Virus record (IMG/VR): IMGVR_UViG_3300042934_000212
Length of the DNA: 64,000 nucleotides
Reading direction: 5' to 3' (one strand)
From: a virus
Taxonomy: Duplodnaviria > Heunggongvirae > Uroviricota > Caudoviricetes
The notes beneath the pieces are model-generated. The model did not search any database. It saw nothing but the letters and a program-made list of their open reading frames with translations, and was not told the origin of the DNA. The translations under genes were made by a program, and so were the position numbers. Below, piece after piece: positions 1 through 12,353 of the stretch; the first letter of the stretch is position 1, and every line of letters begins with the position of its first letter.

Positions 1-1526
1 ATAATGTCATGAATAGCTGATGGCTTATCAGCAGTACCCATTAGATCCTTAGTCTTCTCTTTTCCGTTTACGTTTTGGATTTTACCACGTAATGGAAGAA
101 TACCATGAATCGCTGAGTTACGTGCTGCTGTCATTGAACTGACCGCTGAATCACCTTCTGCAATTAGAAGAATACATTCTTTGCGTGGAACAGTATCGTT
201 AACATCGCGTAGCTTCGCAACTTTACCTTTAAGTAAACGCTTAGCCATTTTACGATCTTCATCTGCATCTTTCTTGTTAGTACGTTCAGCACATCGAGCA
301 TAGATTTCTTCAACCCAATCATTATTCTTCTTGATTAGTTCTGCAAAGAATTCTTCGCTTAGTGCGTTCTGTACTGGTTTAATGACATTTTCGTTAGTTA
401 ACTTAGTTTTGATTTGTGAGTTGAATGTTGGAGTATTCATCTTAGTGACGTTATAAATCAACAAACCTTCTTCAATATCAGAACGGTTAGGAGTCATTTT
501 CTTTTGCTTAGATTTACGTTCTAGAGCTTTAATTACGCCTAATGCGAATTTCTGCTGGAAAGTATCTAAGTGTGTACCACCTTCTAAGGATGGTGCGTTG
601 TTCACAAGACCTTGCATGTGCAAATTCTTACTCAAGCCCTGTACTGCATTAGGAACGATTAGGAAAGTACTGTTCAAGCCAGTTTCCGCGTCATCCACTT
701 GTAGTGACATGGTTTTAGCAGAACCGAACAAACCTTTACGTGCTACTGTGATTTTCTCACCGTTCAAGTAAATTTTATAAGTTGGGTTAGCTGCTGCAAT
801 TTCTTTTAGAATACTGTAAACCAATTCGGTAGGTAAAGTGTGTACTTTGAATACTTCTTTACTGATTTTGAATCGAACAGTAGTTCCGGTTTTGTCTGCT
901 GCAATCTTACGAATACTTGGTTCTTCAATACCAAGTTCAGGGAACATTTGAGTTCCTTCAGTGAACTTCTGAGTGAATTTGTAATTGCCAGTATATTCGG
1001 AGTTTGCTTTGTCAGTTTTGTAAGGCTTACCAGTACGATGAATTTCTAGTTCAGCTTTCTCACTAACAATCATTACTACTGAACCACCTAGACCGTTCAT
1101 ACCAACTACGTTGTTACGTTCGTCATCGTTAAAGTTACGTCCAGTTTTCATTTCTGTTAGAACCATAGTACAGACGTGTTTCTGTGCTTCTGGAACATAG
1201 TCGATTGGAATACCACGACCATTATCGCTAATTTCGAATTCAAGTTCATTTTCATTATACGTTACGTGTAATGTTGGGCTTTTGGCACCGGACTTAACGA
1301 ATTCATCTAATGAGTTATCCACGATTTCGCGGAATGAAGTTAGTAAAGCTGGAACCCAACGTAGATTTTGTACGTTGAAACCATCTTCACCGAAAAGTAG
1401 TACAGGTTGTTCATGTTCTGATTTAGAACCCAAATACATTTCAGTACGAATACGAGCGTGTTGATATTCAGTTAATTGCTGAACACCGTGTTCCGCTAGG
1501 ACTGAACTTTTCTTTTCCTTTGCCAT
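1..1526 (-). CDS. DNA topoisomerase II large subunit (GyrB/gp39+60-like), 3' end runs off the window
   Basis: Not in the ORF track. Manual translation from ATG at 1526 gives MAKEKKSSVLAEHGVQQLTEYQHARIRTEMYLGS, then GHKL motifs EIVDNSLDE, DNGRGIP and GMNGLG, and TOPRIM motifs LIAEGDSA and PLRGKIQN. Confidence 0.95.
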   Translation of the reverse strand, partial: MAKEKKSSVLAEHGVQQLTEYQHARIRTEMYLGSKSEHEQPVLLFGEDGFNVQNLRWVPALLTSFREIVDNSLDEFVKSGAKSPTLHVTYNENELEFEISDNGRGIPIDYVPEAQKHVCTMVLTEMKTGRNFNDDERNNVVGMNGLGGSVVMIVSEKAELEIHRTGKPYKTDKANSEYTGNYKFTQKFTEGTQMFPELGIEEPSIRKIAADKTGTTVRFKISKEVFKVHTLPTELVYSILKEIAAANPTYKIYLNGEKITVARKGLFGSAKTMSLQVDDAETGLNSTFLIVPNAVQGLSKNLHMQGLVNNAPSLEGGTHLDTFQQKFALGVIKALERKSKQKKMTPNRSDIEEGLLIYNVTKMNTPTFNSQIKTKLTNENVIKPVQNALSEEFFAELIKKNNDWVEEIYARCAERTNKKDADEDRKMAKRLLKGKVAKLRDVNDTVPRKECILLIAEGDSAVSSMTAARNSAIHGILPLRGKIQNVNGKEKTKDLMGTADKPSAIHDI

Positions 1527-1560
1527 TTTGTAATTCCCTTTATTGTTTCTTAGCTAGCAT

Positions 1561-1589
1561 ATTATAGCATAAATTGTTTCTTTGTTTCA
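1561..1589 (-). promoter_or_regulatory. Early/middle-type promoter TGAAAC-N17-TATAAT upstream of the topoisomerase gene
   Basis: Minus strand reads TGAAACAAAGAAACAATTTATGCTATAAT; the same motif recurs ~12 times in intergenic positions. Confidence 0.75.
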
Positions 1590-1622
1590 AAAAAATAACG
1601 ACGCACATTGGCGTCGTTGTTA
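1588..1622 (-). terminator. Rho-independent terminator after the 784-aa gene
   Basis: ACGACGC/GCGTCGT stem followed by a U-run on the minus strand. Confidence 0.7.
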
Positions 1623-1629
1623 TTTATCC

Positions 1630-3984
1630 TTAGTTTACAAGGAGGAATTGTAGGTCGGCTGAAGGTGAATCTTCATCTCCCCAATATTTGTGAAACTTCT
1701 CTGGTGTAGCACGTTGAATAACTTCACCATCAGCAACTACATATACTTCATGGTTGGTAATCAACTTCTGCCAGAATCTAATAGCATCATCAGAATGTAA
1801 CGTATCACTCAAAATCTGTAGACCACTTTTAATAATATCCATATACATCTGATAGACAATTCCTTTACGTCCACGTTTTGCTGCAATTGCTTCTATATGG
1901 AATACTTTTCCAATTAATTGACCACTAACTACGGCAATCTCATTACCTGAATCGTCATACGCCATATATCCAGAACCATTTTTTGATTTAGCAACTGAAA
2001 ATCCATCATGTTCAGCAACAGGGACCATTTTATCTCTTGAATTCAACTTTGCAGTTTTATCAACAAATTCAACAGGGTCTGAATCAGCAAATGCATCAAA
2101 TCGTTGTGGCATTTCTTGTAATTGGTCATTGTTAATTAATTCTTGTTCATCAGCATCATCGATATCATGTTCCAATTCTGCATTCTGAATAATATCAGCT
2201 AAGCCACGCATTGAAGATTCAGCCATAGCTTCTTCGCCACGTTTACGACGATTAGCAGTACGATCTACGTAATAATCTAGACGCTCATCAAAATCAGCAA
2301 TATCACTTGCATTTATGAGTGCTTTAGAAATATGTCTAGGTTCAACTTCTGGTTTGTAATAACTGTCAAATAACTTGTTGGTGAAAGATTCAAAATCTTG
2401 TTCCTTCAAATTATTGAACATGTTTTCACCACCATTTATGTCGAGTGAATATTTTTTACCGGAAGCTTGAACTGTCATCTTGAATTTTACACCAGCCATC
2501 TCAATTTCAAAAAAACCTTCATCTTCAATATAATCATTAAAGGTGATTTTCTTAGTACTATCTTGATTTAAGAACTCTGCACTTTCAGCAAGGTTTTCAA
2601 CTGCAAATAATAATCCATGTAAATTTGCATCAGGGGTTGATTCATCTTCTAACTTATCTTTTAGCTTTAGAATATTTCTCATATTTCCAAGATATTCAAT
2701 TGGCAATGATGCCATTTGTTCTTTAGTTAGATCAATGCGAAGTTTTTTCTCATCACCTTCTTTAACTAGTAGGAAATATTCGTTTTCATATCTTTTTCTA
2801 AAAACTACTGAATATGATGGTTGATACCCACCATCAACAAATAATGTAAACTGTTCTGGATCTTCCATATTCACATTGTTATTGGTGGTTGGTTGCTGAT
2901 CGAATTCTCTCCATACTCGAAGATATAAATCCCCCATTAGGCTTTGTCCAGCTTCAGGGTAATCTAAACTCTTTTGTGAGTGGTGCCCGTCAGAAATATC
3001 CTTCTCTGATGAATCAAATTCATGGTCTTCATCTTGATTCAAATCATTATCATAAAAGTTACTTACGAACTTATAAATCAATTTCATTGCCTTATTTGCA
3101 CGAGCATCCTCTTTGTACTTTCTAAGTACTGAAATGATTTTGGATTGACCAAGAGTTTTCATAGAATATTGTATGGAATTGGAAATATCTTTATTTTTAT
3201 TTCCAGTAAGTTCATCTTTATTATTTTCAAGCCATTGAGTTGCACGCAACGCCAAATCTTGTACTTGTGGTCCAAATTCAACCCCACCAGCATAATATCT
3301 GTCATCAGATGTATGGGAGCCACTATAGCCTTTAGCACGCATAGTTTGCTGATCATTTGGGTTCAAATTTTTTAAAACTACTGACTGAATAGTGTGTTGT
3401 AACTCATGCTGTACAGTATCCATAAAATAATTTAGATGATCCACTATTGCGTTAATATCATTACTGTTTTTTATTTCAGCATTATAATTAGGAACGCCAA
3501 GATCTAACTCATTATAAGTTTCATCAGTACCACTACTACCAGCTTTATCAATGAATTGATTACTGATTTTCATAGTGATACGCATTTTATCAATAAGTTC
3601 TTTTGTCTTTGGATTTTTCTTTAAATTATCAGGTAATTGATTAAAGATCTCATCTGCATCCAATTTAAGATTGGTACTACTGTTAACATACTTCTTCAAG
3701 TCATTTGGTGAAAGTACTGAAGCATTATATTTTCGCTGGAACCTTTTACACCAATTCAATAGTGCAGTGGCTTTTTCAGATTGGCCTTTATTTTGTAAAT
3801 CATGCTGTTTCATTACAGCCATTGTTAAAAGTACTGAACCAATAAATTTCTGTACTCTCTGTAATAATGCTGGTGGTACATTTAAAACACCAACACCTCT
3901 AGCTTCATCCAGTACCTGTTCTTCTTCAGCCGGTGGCTGGATGGCGGCATTTAAATGCTCATGAGCCTTACTTATATTTGGCAT
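1630..3984 (-). CDS. Probable head-packaged multidomain protein with an N-terminal HExxH zincin-like domain and a C-terminal GNAT-like domain
   Basis: VQHELQH...YYAGGVEFGPQ motif; C-terminal FHIEAIAAKRGRKGIVYQMY...SDTLHSDDAIRFWQKL resembles a GNAT acetyl-CoA-binding motif; L-x-E sites (LDEA, LQEM). Confidence 0.55.
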   Translation of the reverse strand: MPNISKAHEHLNAAIQPPAEEEQVLDEARGVGVLNVPPALLQRVQKFIGSVLLTMAVMKQHDLQNKGQSEKATALLNWCKRFQRKYNASVLSPNDLKKYVNSSTNLKLDADEIFNQLPDNLKKNPKTKELIDKMRITMKISNQFIDKAGSSGTDETYNELDLGVPNYNAEIKNSNDINAIVDHLNYFMDTVQHELQHTIQSVVLKNLNPNDQQTMRAKGYSGSHTSDDRYYAGGVEFGPQVQDLALRATQWLENNKDELTGNKNKDISNSIQYSMKTLGQSKIISVLRKYKEDARANKAMKLIYKFVSNFYDNDLNQDEDHEFDSSEKDISDGHHSQKSLDYPEAGQSLMGDLYLRVWREFDQQPTTNNNVNMEDPEQFTLFVDGGYQPSYSVVFRKRYENEYFLLVKEGDEKKLRIDLTKEQMASLPIEYLGNMRNILKLKDKLEDESTPDANLHGLLFAVENLAESAEFLNQDSTKKITFNDYIEDEGFFEIEMAGVKFKMTVQASGKKYSLDINGGENMFNNLKEQDFESFTNKLFDSYYKPEVEPRHISKALINASDIADFDERLDYYVDRTANRRKRGEEAMAESSMRGLADIIQNAELEHDIDDADEQELINNDQLQEMPQRFDAFADSDPVEFVDKTAKLNSRDKMVPVAEHDGFSVAKSKNGSGYMAYDDSGNEIAVVSGQLIGKVFHIEAIAAKRGRKGIVYQMYMDIIKSGLQILSDTLHSDDAIRFWQKLITNHEVYVVADGEVIQRATPEKFHKYWGDEDSPSADLQFLLVN

Positions 3985-3985
3985 A

Positions 3986-6150
<2,165 letters not shown>

Positions 6151-6165
6151 AATCTTTAAGCTATA

Positions 6166-6696
6166 TTAAATGTCACCTGGGAAATCGCGACGGATTAGTT
6201 GTTCAATTACTTCTAGACTATCCATTGCATCGGATTCTAGTATTTCTACTAGATCAGTCTGAAGGTCTTGACCAAATTGCATGTTAATTGTTTCTACCAT
6301 GCAAGAGAATGTATGCATGATTTCGAATGAGCCTTTAGCAACAACTGCTGAACCTTCGTAGTGGATGCTATTAACAATGTCATGAGCTTCTTCGAATGTT
6401 TTACGAAAAATGTCCATAACAAGTTCTTGTACATATTCTTTTGACACAGTAGTACTATCTAAAAGTTCTAGATTATATTGCGGAACTTTTAGTGTAGAAA
6501 CTGGATTATCTTTCAAGAAAGCTTCAAAGCCATACTGGATAGCTTCAAGTTCTTCAACTTCAAATGCATTCTTGATCTTTGCAACATAGGCAGTAATATC
6601 ATTTGCACCAGCAATATAATATACTGAATTTTTGTAAGAAGCTTTGACCACATCAGTACCCATTAGGGAAAAAACTTCACGCACAATATTAATCAT
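6166..6696 (-). CDS. Hypothetical protein (late promoter upstream)
   Basis: ORF track entry; ATG at 6696 is preceded by GGAG; TAAATA at 6730-6735. Confidence 0.7.
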   Translation of the reverse strand: MINIVREVFSLMGTDVVKASYKNSVYYIAGANDITAYVAKIKNAFEVEELEAIQYGFEAFLKDNPVSTLKVPQYNLELLDSTTVSKEYVQELVMDIFRKTFEEAHDIVNSIHYEGSAVVAKGSFEIMHTFSCMVETINMQFGQDLQTDLVEILESDAMDSLEVIEQLIRRDFPGDI

Positions 6697-6766
6697 AATA
6701 AACTCCAAGATGAGAGTGGGTGTTAAAACTATTTAGTTAACACCCTTAAATTTTTAATGTACTTAC

Positions 6767-7276
6767 TTAGCTCTTAGCTTTGACTGTGCAGGTGATGTTG
6801 TTACCCTGAACTGCAATTTGCTGAACGAATTCAGAATCAGTTAGGCGTGAAACAACTTCATTTAGATGTTCTACGTTTGCCTTAACTAGATCTGGATTAG
6901 TTTTAGTACGACCAGTCATTTTCATAACGATGCGTACATGTTTACCTTCAGAGATAAACTTTTGTGCCGATTTTAATTTAGTACTCAAATCATGTTCATG
7001 AGTGCTATAGGCGAATTGAACTTCTTTTACTTGAACTGCGGTTTCACGCTGTTTCTTTTTGTTGCTCTTTTCAGTTTGTTTCTGCTCGTACAAGTACTTG
7101 TTCAAGTCTGCAATTTTCACTACAGGAATATCTTGTTCAGATACTTGGATTAAATCGAGTTCTTTGCTGTAAGCAAGAGAAAGTGCAGCACCGATTGCCA
7201 TTACTTTACTAGAACCTTCTTCAACTACGCGAACGTTCTTTGCAGTAATTTTTTCGTTGGCAATAACAGATTTCAT
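6767..7276 (-). CDS. infC: Translation initiation factor IF-3 homolog
   Basis: ANEKITAKNVRVV...AL..A...LDLIQVS...PVVKIADLNKYLYEQK..KKKQ..VKEVQF...HDL..KL....KFI.EG.HV matches both IF3-N and IF3-C. Confidence 0.92.
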   Translation of the reverse strand: MKSVIANEKITAKNVRVVEEGSSKVMAIGAALSLAYSKELDLIQVSEQDIPVVKIADLNKYLYEQKQTEKSNKKKQRETAVQVKEVQFAYSTHEHDLSTKLKSAQKFISEGKHVRIVMKMTGRTKTNPDLVKANVEHLNEVVSRLTDSEFVQQIAVQGNNITCTVKAKS

Positions 7277-7317
7277 ATAGATTTTATAACTCCAAGGGGG
7301 AAAACTTTATTAGGTGA

Positions 7318-7345
7318 ATCATATCATAAGTTGCAGAAAAGTCAA
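7318..7345 (-). promoter_or_regulatory. Sigma70-type promoter for the IF-3 gene
   Basis: TTGACT-N16-TATGAT with a TG extended -10 on the minus strand. Confidence 0.6.
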
Positions 7346-7346
7346 G

Positions 7347-7541
7347 TTATTTCTTGTCTTCTTCTGCTTTTAATGCTTTGCAGATTTCTTGTACAAATTT
7401 AAGATTTGCAATTGCAGTGTCTGCGACACTACGTGTACGTGGATATGGAGCTTCCTGTGACATTTTCTCTAAATCATAAATGATTTTATCAAATGCACCA
7501 ACGTCCTCTAGAATCCGGTTGTAAAATGTTTTGCCTTCCAT
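7347..7541 (-). CDS. Hypothetical protein
   Basis: ORF with a GGAG RBS, in the local gene direction. Confidence 0.7.
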   Translation of the reverse strand: MEGKTFYNRILEDVGAFDKIIYDLEKMSQEAPYPRTRSVADTAIANLKFVQEICKALKAEEDKK

Positions 7542-7563
7542 GTCAACTCCATGTTGTGATGTA

Positions 7564-8118
7564 TTAAGCGGTTAGTTTGATGTATTCAACAGTACTACTT
7601 ACAGTTTCTGCTGGAACAGTAACATAGATAGTCTGTAGTTCATGGTATGTATTAGTAGTGGTAGCACCTGGATACGGAGCACGAGTAACAGTCTTCTGTA
7701 CTTCTACAAATTCATTGTCAATCTCTTGTGCAAGAGCATCGTCGATGATCTTCTTAATTACACCTGATGCAGCAGTGAAGCGATCTGCTTCTGCTGGAGC
7801 ATCTTCAAGAGTACTTAGGAATGGTTCAATACTAATATAACCAACAACTAATTCTGCGTCTGAAGGAATGGCAGTTGCTGAACCTGCTGTACCAAAGTCA
7901 ATAGTGAAGTATACAGGAACTGATAGTTCACTTAGTTTACGTTCAATTTGCTTTAGACGAACAAATGCAATACCTTTGTCTTTAGTCTGAGCATCAGTTG
8001 GGGTTGTGGTGCTTGTGTTGTCATAGTCTGAGTACTGGTAGAACTTTTGATTATCTAATAGTTGTCCAGGTACTTTAATACTAAATGCGTTAAATAAATT
8101 GTTCATTTTAGTCTCCAT
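7564..8118 (-). CDS. Probable virion structural protein
   Basis: Ala/Thr-rich; TAAATA late promoter at ~8135-8140; true start may be MNNLF at 8106. Confidence 0.5.
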   Translation of the reverse strand: METKMNNLFNAFSIKVPGQLLDNQKFYQYSDYDNTSTTTPTDAQTKDKGIAFVRLKQIERKLSELSVPVYFTIDFGTAGSATAIPSDAELVVGYISIEPFLSTLEDAPAEADRFTAASGVIKKIIDDALAQEIDNEFVEVQKTVTRAPYPGATTTNTYHELQTIYVTVPAETVSSTVEYIKLTA

Positions 8119-8160
8119 ATATAGAACTTTATACTATTTATCACAAGGGGCGTGAACCCC

Positions 8161-9501
8161 TTAGAAGCGACCATTCTTTCGTAGCATTACGCTGTAACGA
8201 GGTCGTGTTAAAGCTGTATATAGGATACGGCATTTGGTATCATTGTTTGGAATTCTCTCAATAAAATCAGTATCGAACCAGATGTTATTGAAAGTACTAC
8301 CCTGTGACTTGTGAGCGGTAGTTGCATATGGATAGTTAATTACGTTAATCTTATTCTTGATTACATAATAATCTTGCCACATGTACGGCTTCTTAGTTAG
8401 AGGATTCTCCGCTTTTTTCTCAATCTTGTCAACTAAATCTTCAAGATGTTCTTCCAACTTCAAGCGTGAATATGGCCCAACTCCTAGAATAAAATTACCA
8501 TTCGGTAGTTTAAATTGCCAGCAATCAATACCTAAGAATGATTCCTGTCTAATTTCTGGACACTGGATAATCTGTTGAACAGTATATGGACAGTTTTCAG
8601 TGATTGTTTCGAATACAATCGGTTCACCTGCGATGAATTCAACATCGGTGTGTTCATGGAAAACTTCGTTTCTGATATACATGTTCGCAAAGTTGACACG
8701 GTAATTCGTATAAGCAATGATTTTGTTCTCTTGTACGAAATCATAAAGCTTACGAGACGAAGTACTATGTTCAGTTACATACTCTTTGTATACATCAAGG
8801 AATAACATTTCGTCATCAATTGGTGTAATCGTATCCATTCCCTCAAGATTGTTTAGTATAGACATGGGTTCATTACCTGTTCCGATACATTCACGAATCT
8901 GAGTTGCAACGTTGATTATAGGATTATCCAATGCCTGACGTAGTACTTCAGTTAGTTCATAACGAAGTCCAATGTTAAACGTAGGGCTTAATTTTGTTAC
9001 GTTGCCAGTACCTTCAGCTTCAACTGGTGGTAACTGACATGAATCACCAATAAAAATAATTGCTCTGCGAACACGATGTATCTGGCTCATGATGTGATTG
9101 TACATTTCCTCGGAAATCATACTACATTCATCAACGAACAATACATCTACCATTGCAGTGCTGTTCTTGGATTGTGGGTCATGTTTAAGTACTTGTCGGT
9201 TCTTCTCATAGACTAACTTAAGTCCAAGGAAAGAGTGGATAGTACTTACTAGTGCATCTTCTTTGTCTAATCCAACATTGACTAACATTTCACGCAATAC
9301 AGCATTTGCTTTGTGTGTTGGTGAAGTTACTGCAATGTTATATCCCTGATAGATATTTTCGATAATCTTAGAAACTAATGTACTTTTACCAGTTCCTGCG
9401 TATCCAATGATAACTGCCTCTGACCGACCAGGAAAGTTATTAATTCGGTCGATAATATCATCGAAAATATATTGTTGCTTGTCCGTAAGCGTAATACTCA
9501 T
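8161..9501 (-). CDS. dda: Dda-like SF1B DNA helicase
   Basis: GYAGTGKS, SPTHKA, STIHSFL, VDECSMI, GDSCQLPPV, YATTAHKSQGST and YTALTR motifs. Confidence 0.92.
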   Translation of the reverse strand: MSITLTDKQQYIFDDIIDRINNFPGRSEAVIIGYAGTGKSTLVSKIIENIYQGYNIAVTSPTHKANAVLREMLVNVGLDKEDALVSTIHSFLGLKLVYEKNRQVLKHDPQSKNSTAMVDVLFVDECSMISEEMYNHIMSQIHRVRRAIIFIGDSCQLPPVEAEGTGNVTKLSPTFNIGLRYELTEVLRQALDNPIINVATQIRECIGTGNEPMSILNNLEGMDTITPIDDEMLFLDVYKEYVTEHSTSSRKLYDFVQENKIIAYTNYRVNFANMYIRNEVFHEHTDVEFIAGEPIVFETITENCPYTVQQIIQCPEIRQESFLGIDCWQFKLPNGNFILGVGPYSRLKLEEHLEDLVDKIEKKAENPLTKKPYMWQDYYVIKNKINVINYPYATTAHKSQGSTFNNIWFDTDFIERIPNNDTKCRILYTALTRPRYSVMLRKNGRF

Positions 9502-9935
9502 TTCATCTCCTGTGCGGCCTTCTGAGCTAGGTCATTAGCCATTTCATTATACATATTACCCACGTGTCCATACTCGTGTGTATATGTACATTCATTACCT
9601 ATCGAATCTAACAATTGCCAGAGTTCTAGGTTTTCAACTGGTTTATTCTTTGAAGTTCTCCAGTTTTTCTTTTTCCATCCATGACGCCATTCATTCATAC
9701 CATTAACAACATATTTCGCATCAGTAAAGACCTCAATATTTCCGTTGTAATTATATTCCTGTCGAATGAATGATATTGCGGCAATTACAGCAGTAAGTTC
9801 CATTTGATTGTTAGTGGTGTGTTTCTCACCAAATGAAAGCTGATTAATAACTTCACCATCTTTCAGAATTACAATCCCAACTCCACCTGGGCCGGGATTA
9901 CCTAAACAAGAACCATCCGTGTGAATTCTATACAT
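9498..9935 (-). CDS. rnhA: Ribonuclease HI
   Basis: TDGSCLGNPGPGG, TTNNQMEL, TDAKYV, W...W.....KPVENLELW and GHVGN.YNE.ANDLA motifs. Confidence 0.96.
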   Translation of the reverse strand: MYRIHTDGSCLGNPGPGGVGIVILKDGEVINQLSFGEKHTTNNQMELTAVIAAISFIRQEYNYNGNIEVFTDAKYVVNGMNEWRHGWKKKNWRTSKNKPVENLELWQLLDSIGNECTYTHEYGHVGNMYNEMANDLAQKAAQEMK

Positions 9936-10465
9936 TATAATGTACCATATCTTACCATTTCAAAGTCTAATAGACTTCTTTTAATAAAATACGTTACAAC
10001 AATACCATCTTCTAATTCCACACAATTAGTTGGATAGAAATAATAACCTTCAGGTGCGGCATTATGGATATTGAAGAACGTATCACAATCAAAGTCTTCA
10101 TTAATCTGACTAAGAACGATTTCATCTACGTAAGGCATCGCTGCTTCGTATATTTTTGCCCCACCAATAATAATTATGTCATTATTAAATTTAAGGAAAG
10201 AATCTAGCCAATCTTGATGAATAAAGACAACATCTCGGTTTTTATTAATTACATTTGGTGGTACGTCACGAGTGGTGACCACGATATTAACGCGGTCTGG
10301 AAGTGGGCGTTTGGGTAAACTCTCCCACGTTTTGTAACCCATCAGTACTTTCTTACCTTGGGTTTCTTCCTTGAAGTGCTTGAAATCAGCAGAACTATGC
10401 CAAGGAATTGAGCCATCTTTACCAATCCCATTACTGGAATCAGTACATAAAATCATTTTAATCAT
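9935..10465 (-). CDS. folA: Dihydrofolate reductase
   Basis: GIGKDGSIPW...DFKHFK..T....LMGYKTWESLP.RPLP.R.NIV, IIGGAKIY and DCDTFF motifs. Confidence 0.96.
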   Translation of the reverse strand: MIKMILCTDSSNGIGKDGSIPWHSSADFKHFKEETQGKKVLMGYKTWESLPKRPLPDRVNIVVTTRDVPPNVINKNRDVVFIHQDWLDSFLKFNNDIIIIGGAKIYEAAMPYVDEIVLSQINEDFDCDTFFNIHNAAPEGYYFYPTNCVELEDGIVVTYFIKRSLLDFEMVRYGTL

Positions 10466-10839
10466 TTTGTTAATTCCGCTTTAACTTTACTGTGTCCTTG
10501 TGATAGTAACATGATCCGGTACATACCGACTGCAAGTACAGCAATCGCTAGTGGTATGCTGTTCATGAAATACCATACGATTAGTAGATGGCATAACGTT
10601 GAGCCAATGTAATTAACTAAGCGATTTTTGTATTCTTCACCAAAAAGAGTTTCAATTCCTTCTTTATAGAATGGTTGTACTAAAGGATAAAGCCGTACTG
10701 CTTTGTCTATACGGAACGCAATAAACACGGCACCAATACACATAAGTGAGTACCAGATGTGCAATGACTTCATATCACCTGTATAAAATAAGTACGATGT
10801 GAAAAATATGTTCAGTATATTATAAATAGTCGTAATCAT
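10462..10839 (-). CDS. Membrane protein (3-4 hydrophobic segments)
   Basis: Hydrophobic stretches; first gene after the promoter at 10868-10896. Confidence 0.7.
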   Translation of the reverse strand: MITTIYNILNIFFTSYLFYTGDMKSLHIWYSLMCIGAVFIAFRIDKAVRLYPLVQPFYKEGIETLFGEEYKNRLVNYIGSTLCHLLIVWYFMNSIPLAIAVLAVGMYRIMLLSQGHSKVKAELTK

Positions 10840-10867
10840 AAGACGCTTTTCTCGTTCATTTGTAAAT

Positions 10868-10896
10868 ATTATACCATATTCACGTTTTTCGTTTCA
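10868..10896 (-). promoter_or_regulatory. TGAAAC-N17-TATAAT promoter
   Basis: Minus strand reads TGAAACGAAAAACGTGAATATGGTATAAT. Confidence 0.75.
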
Positions 10897-10950
10897 GTTT
10901 TTTACACATTTTATATACAGTTAGGTAAATATGTATATAATTATTAAATA

Positions 10951-11685
10951 ATGGAGAGGATCAACAGGATTATGTTCAATATTAACGCTGACGTGATTAA
11001 AAAAATCCTTGAAGTATTCTCTAGAATGTCTGCACTAAGAATGATAGCTTTTTCTTTATGCATTATGATGCTAGGTATGGTCTATGTAACTTCTGATACA
11101 TGGTCTGCTTATATCGGTTCTAGGTTTAATTCATTGCAACAAAATGAAATGTTCAAACCTGCTACTTATCAGATTAAACCCCAAAACCTTGCAAGCATCA
11201 ACGCAACCATTGGTCAGTTTATTCAGCAAAACAATGATATGGCAATGATACTAGTTTATAAACTAGTTCCAGAGGCGGATGCATTCTATCAAGGGCGTGT
11301 GTTGGTAACAGGCATAACAAGTAAAAGTACTAATCTTAATTTGGAAAAGTACAACTTGAAGTGGCTGCCGATTAGTGCATTTCGTGCACAATCAAATATG
11401 ATATTAAAAGGTAAGACATTCATCGGTGACATAGGAGTTATTAGCCGCGAGTATCTACAACCGGATAATGAGTTAAGGGATGAATACCTTACGCCTGCAA
11501 ATCTGTTGGCAATTTACAATGATGGAGCCAAATATATAATTTCAATTCCTGTTAAAACCAGTAGGATTGATGGATATGTAAGCGTCTACTTCAAAGAAGT
11601 TCCCCAAACAGATGAAGAAGCAAAGCAATATCTTACACTTGCACAAGCAGTAGCTGGTGAGACAGGTTACTACATCTCATATTAA
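10951..11685 (+). CDS. Single-TM protein with a periplasmic GAF-like domain, T4 holin T-like
   Basis: One N-terminal TM helix; motifs ILVYKLVP and YIISIPV...GYVSVYF recall T4 gpT (AVYSFRP, YMYSCP...GTITMYW); TAAATA upstream at 10926. Confidence 0.5.
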   Translation: MERINRIMFNINADVIKKILEVFSRMSALRMIAFSLCIMMLGMVYVTSDTWSAYIGSRFNSLQQNEMFKPATYQIKPQNLASINATIGQFIQQNNDMAMILVYKLVPEADAFYQGRVLVTGITSKSTNLNLEKYNLKWLPISAFRAQSNMILKGKTFIGDIGVISREYLQPDNELRDEYLTPANLLAIYNDGAKYIISIPVKTSRIDGYVSVYFKEVPQTDEEAKQYLTLAQAVAGETGYYISY

Positions 11686-11696
11686 GGAGAATAAAC

Positions 11697-12353
11697 ATGT
11701 TTAATCGTAAACAACAACTGTCTATCGTTGGAAAGTTGCTCACTATGGTTGCGTGTTTCGTACTCGGTGTCTTTGTTCTGTTCAATATGGATTACATTCA
11801 TAAGAAAACAGAATCCGAAATGTCACCTATTATAATGAAGAGTTTAGCTACAGTAAATGTACAAAACAAATCAATTATAAATATGGAGTTCAGGAAAATG
11901 ATGATAAAATTTCCTGATATATCTTCGGTAGTCTTATACAAATTTGTATCAGACAAAGGAACCAAAATGTACAATGGTCAGATTTCAGTTACTTCTGAAA
12001 CCAGAGACGGACGTATGTTACCAAGTGATGACAATGTTACCCCTATGGTAGACGGCACAAATAATATTCAAGAAATACTTTTGAATAATGTACATTACGA
12101 AAACATTGCAACTATTCAACTACTTTGTGAAACACGTTATGATGTAACTCAACCATATTCATGTGAGAGATACAAAAGAAACGGAGCAATTTATAAGAGC
12201 ATCATATCTATTCCAATTGTTCAGGATGTAGACATAGGAGTAATTGGCTATGTCATGATCACGTTAGGCAATGAATACGATAACCTAGAAGTTCAAAACC
12301 TAGTCAACAGTCTAAGACCTAATATTTCAAGTATTCAGGTACTGTCAAAATAA
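11697..12353 (+). CDS. Paralog of the preceding gene (holin T/GAF-like single-TM protein)
   Basis: One TM helix; VVLYKFV and SIISIPI...GYVMITL match the upstream gene. Confidence 0.45.
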   Translation: MFNRKQQLSIVGKLLTMVACFVLGVFVLFNMDYIHKKTESEMSPIIMKSLATVNVQNKSIINMEFRKMMIKFPDISSVVLYKFVSDKGTKMYNGQISVTSETRDGRMLPSDDNVTPMVDGTNNIQEILLNNVHYENIATIQLLCETRYDVTQPYSCERYKRNGAIYKSIISIPIVQDVDIGVIGYVMITLGNEYDNLEVQNLVNSLRPNISSIQVLSK

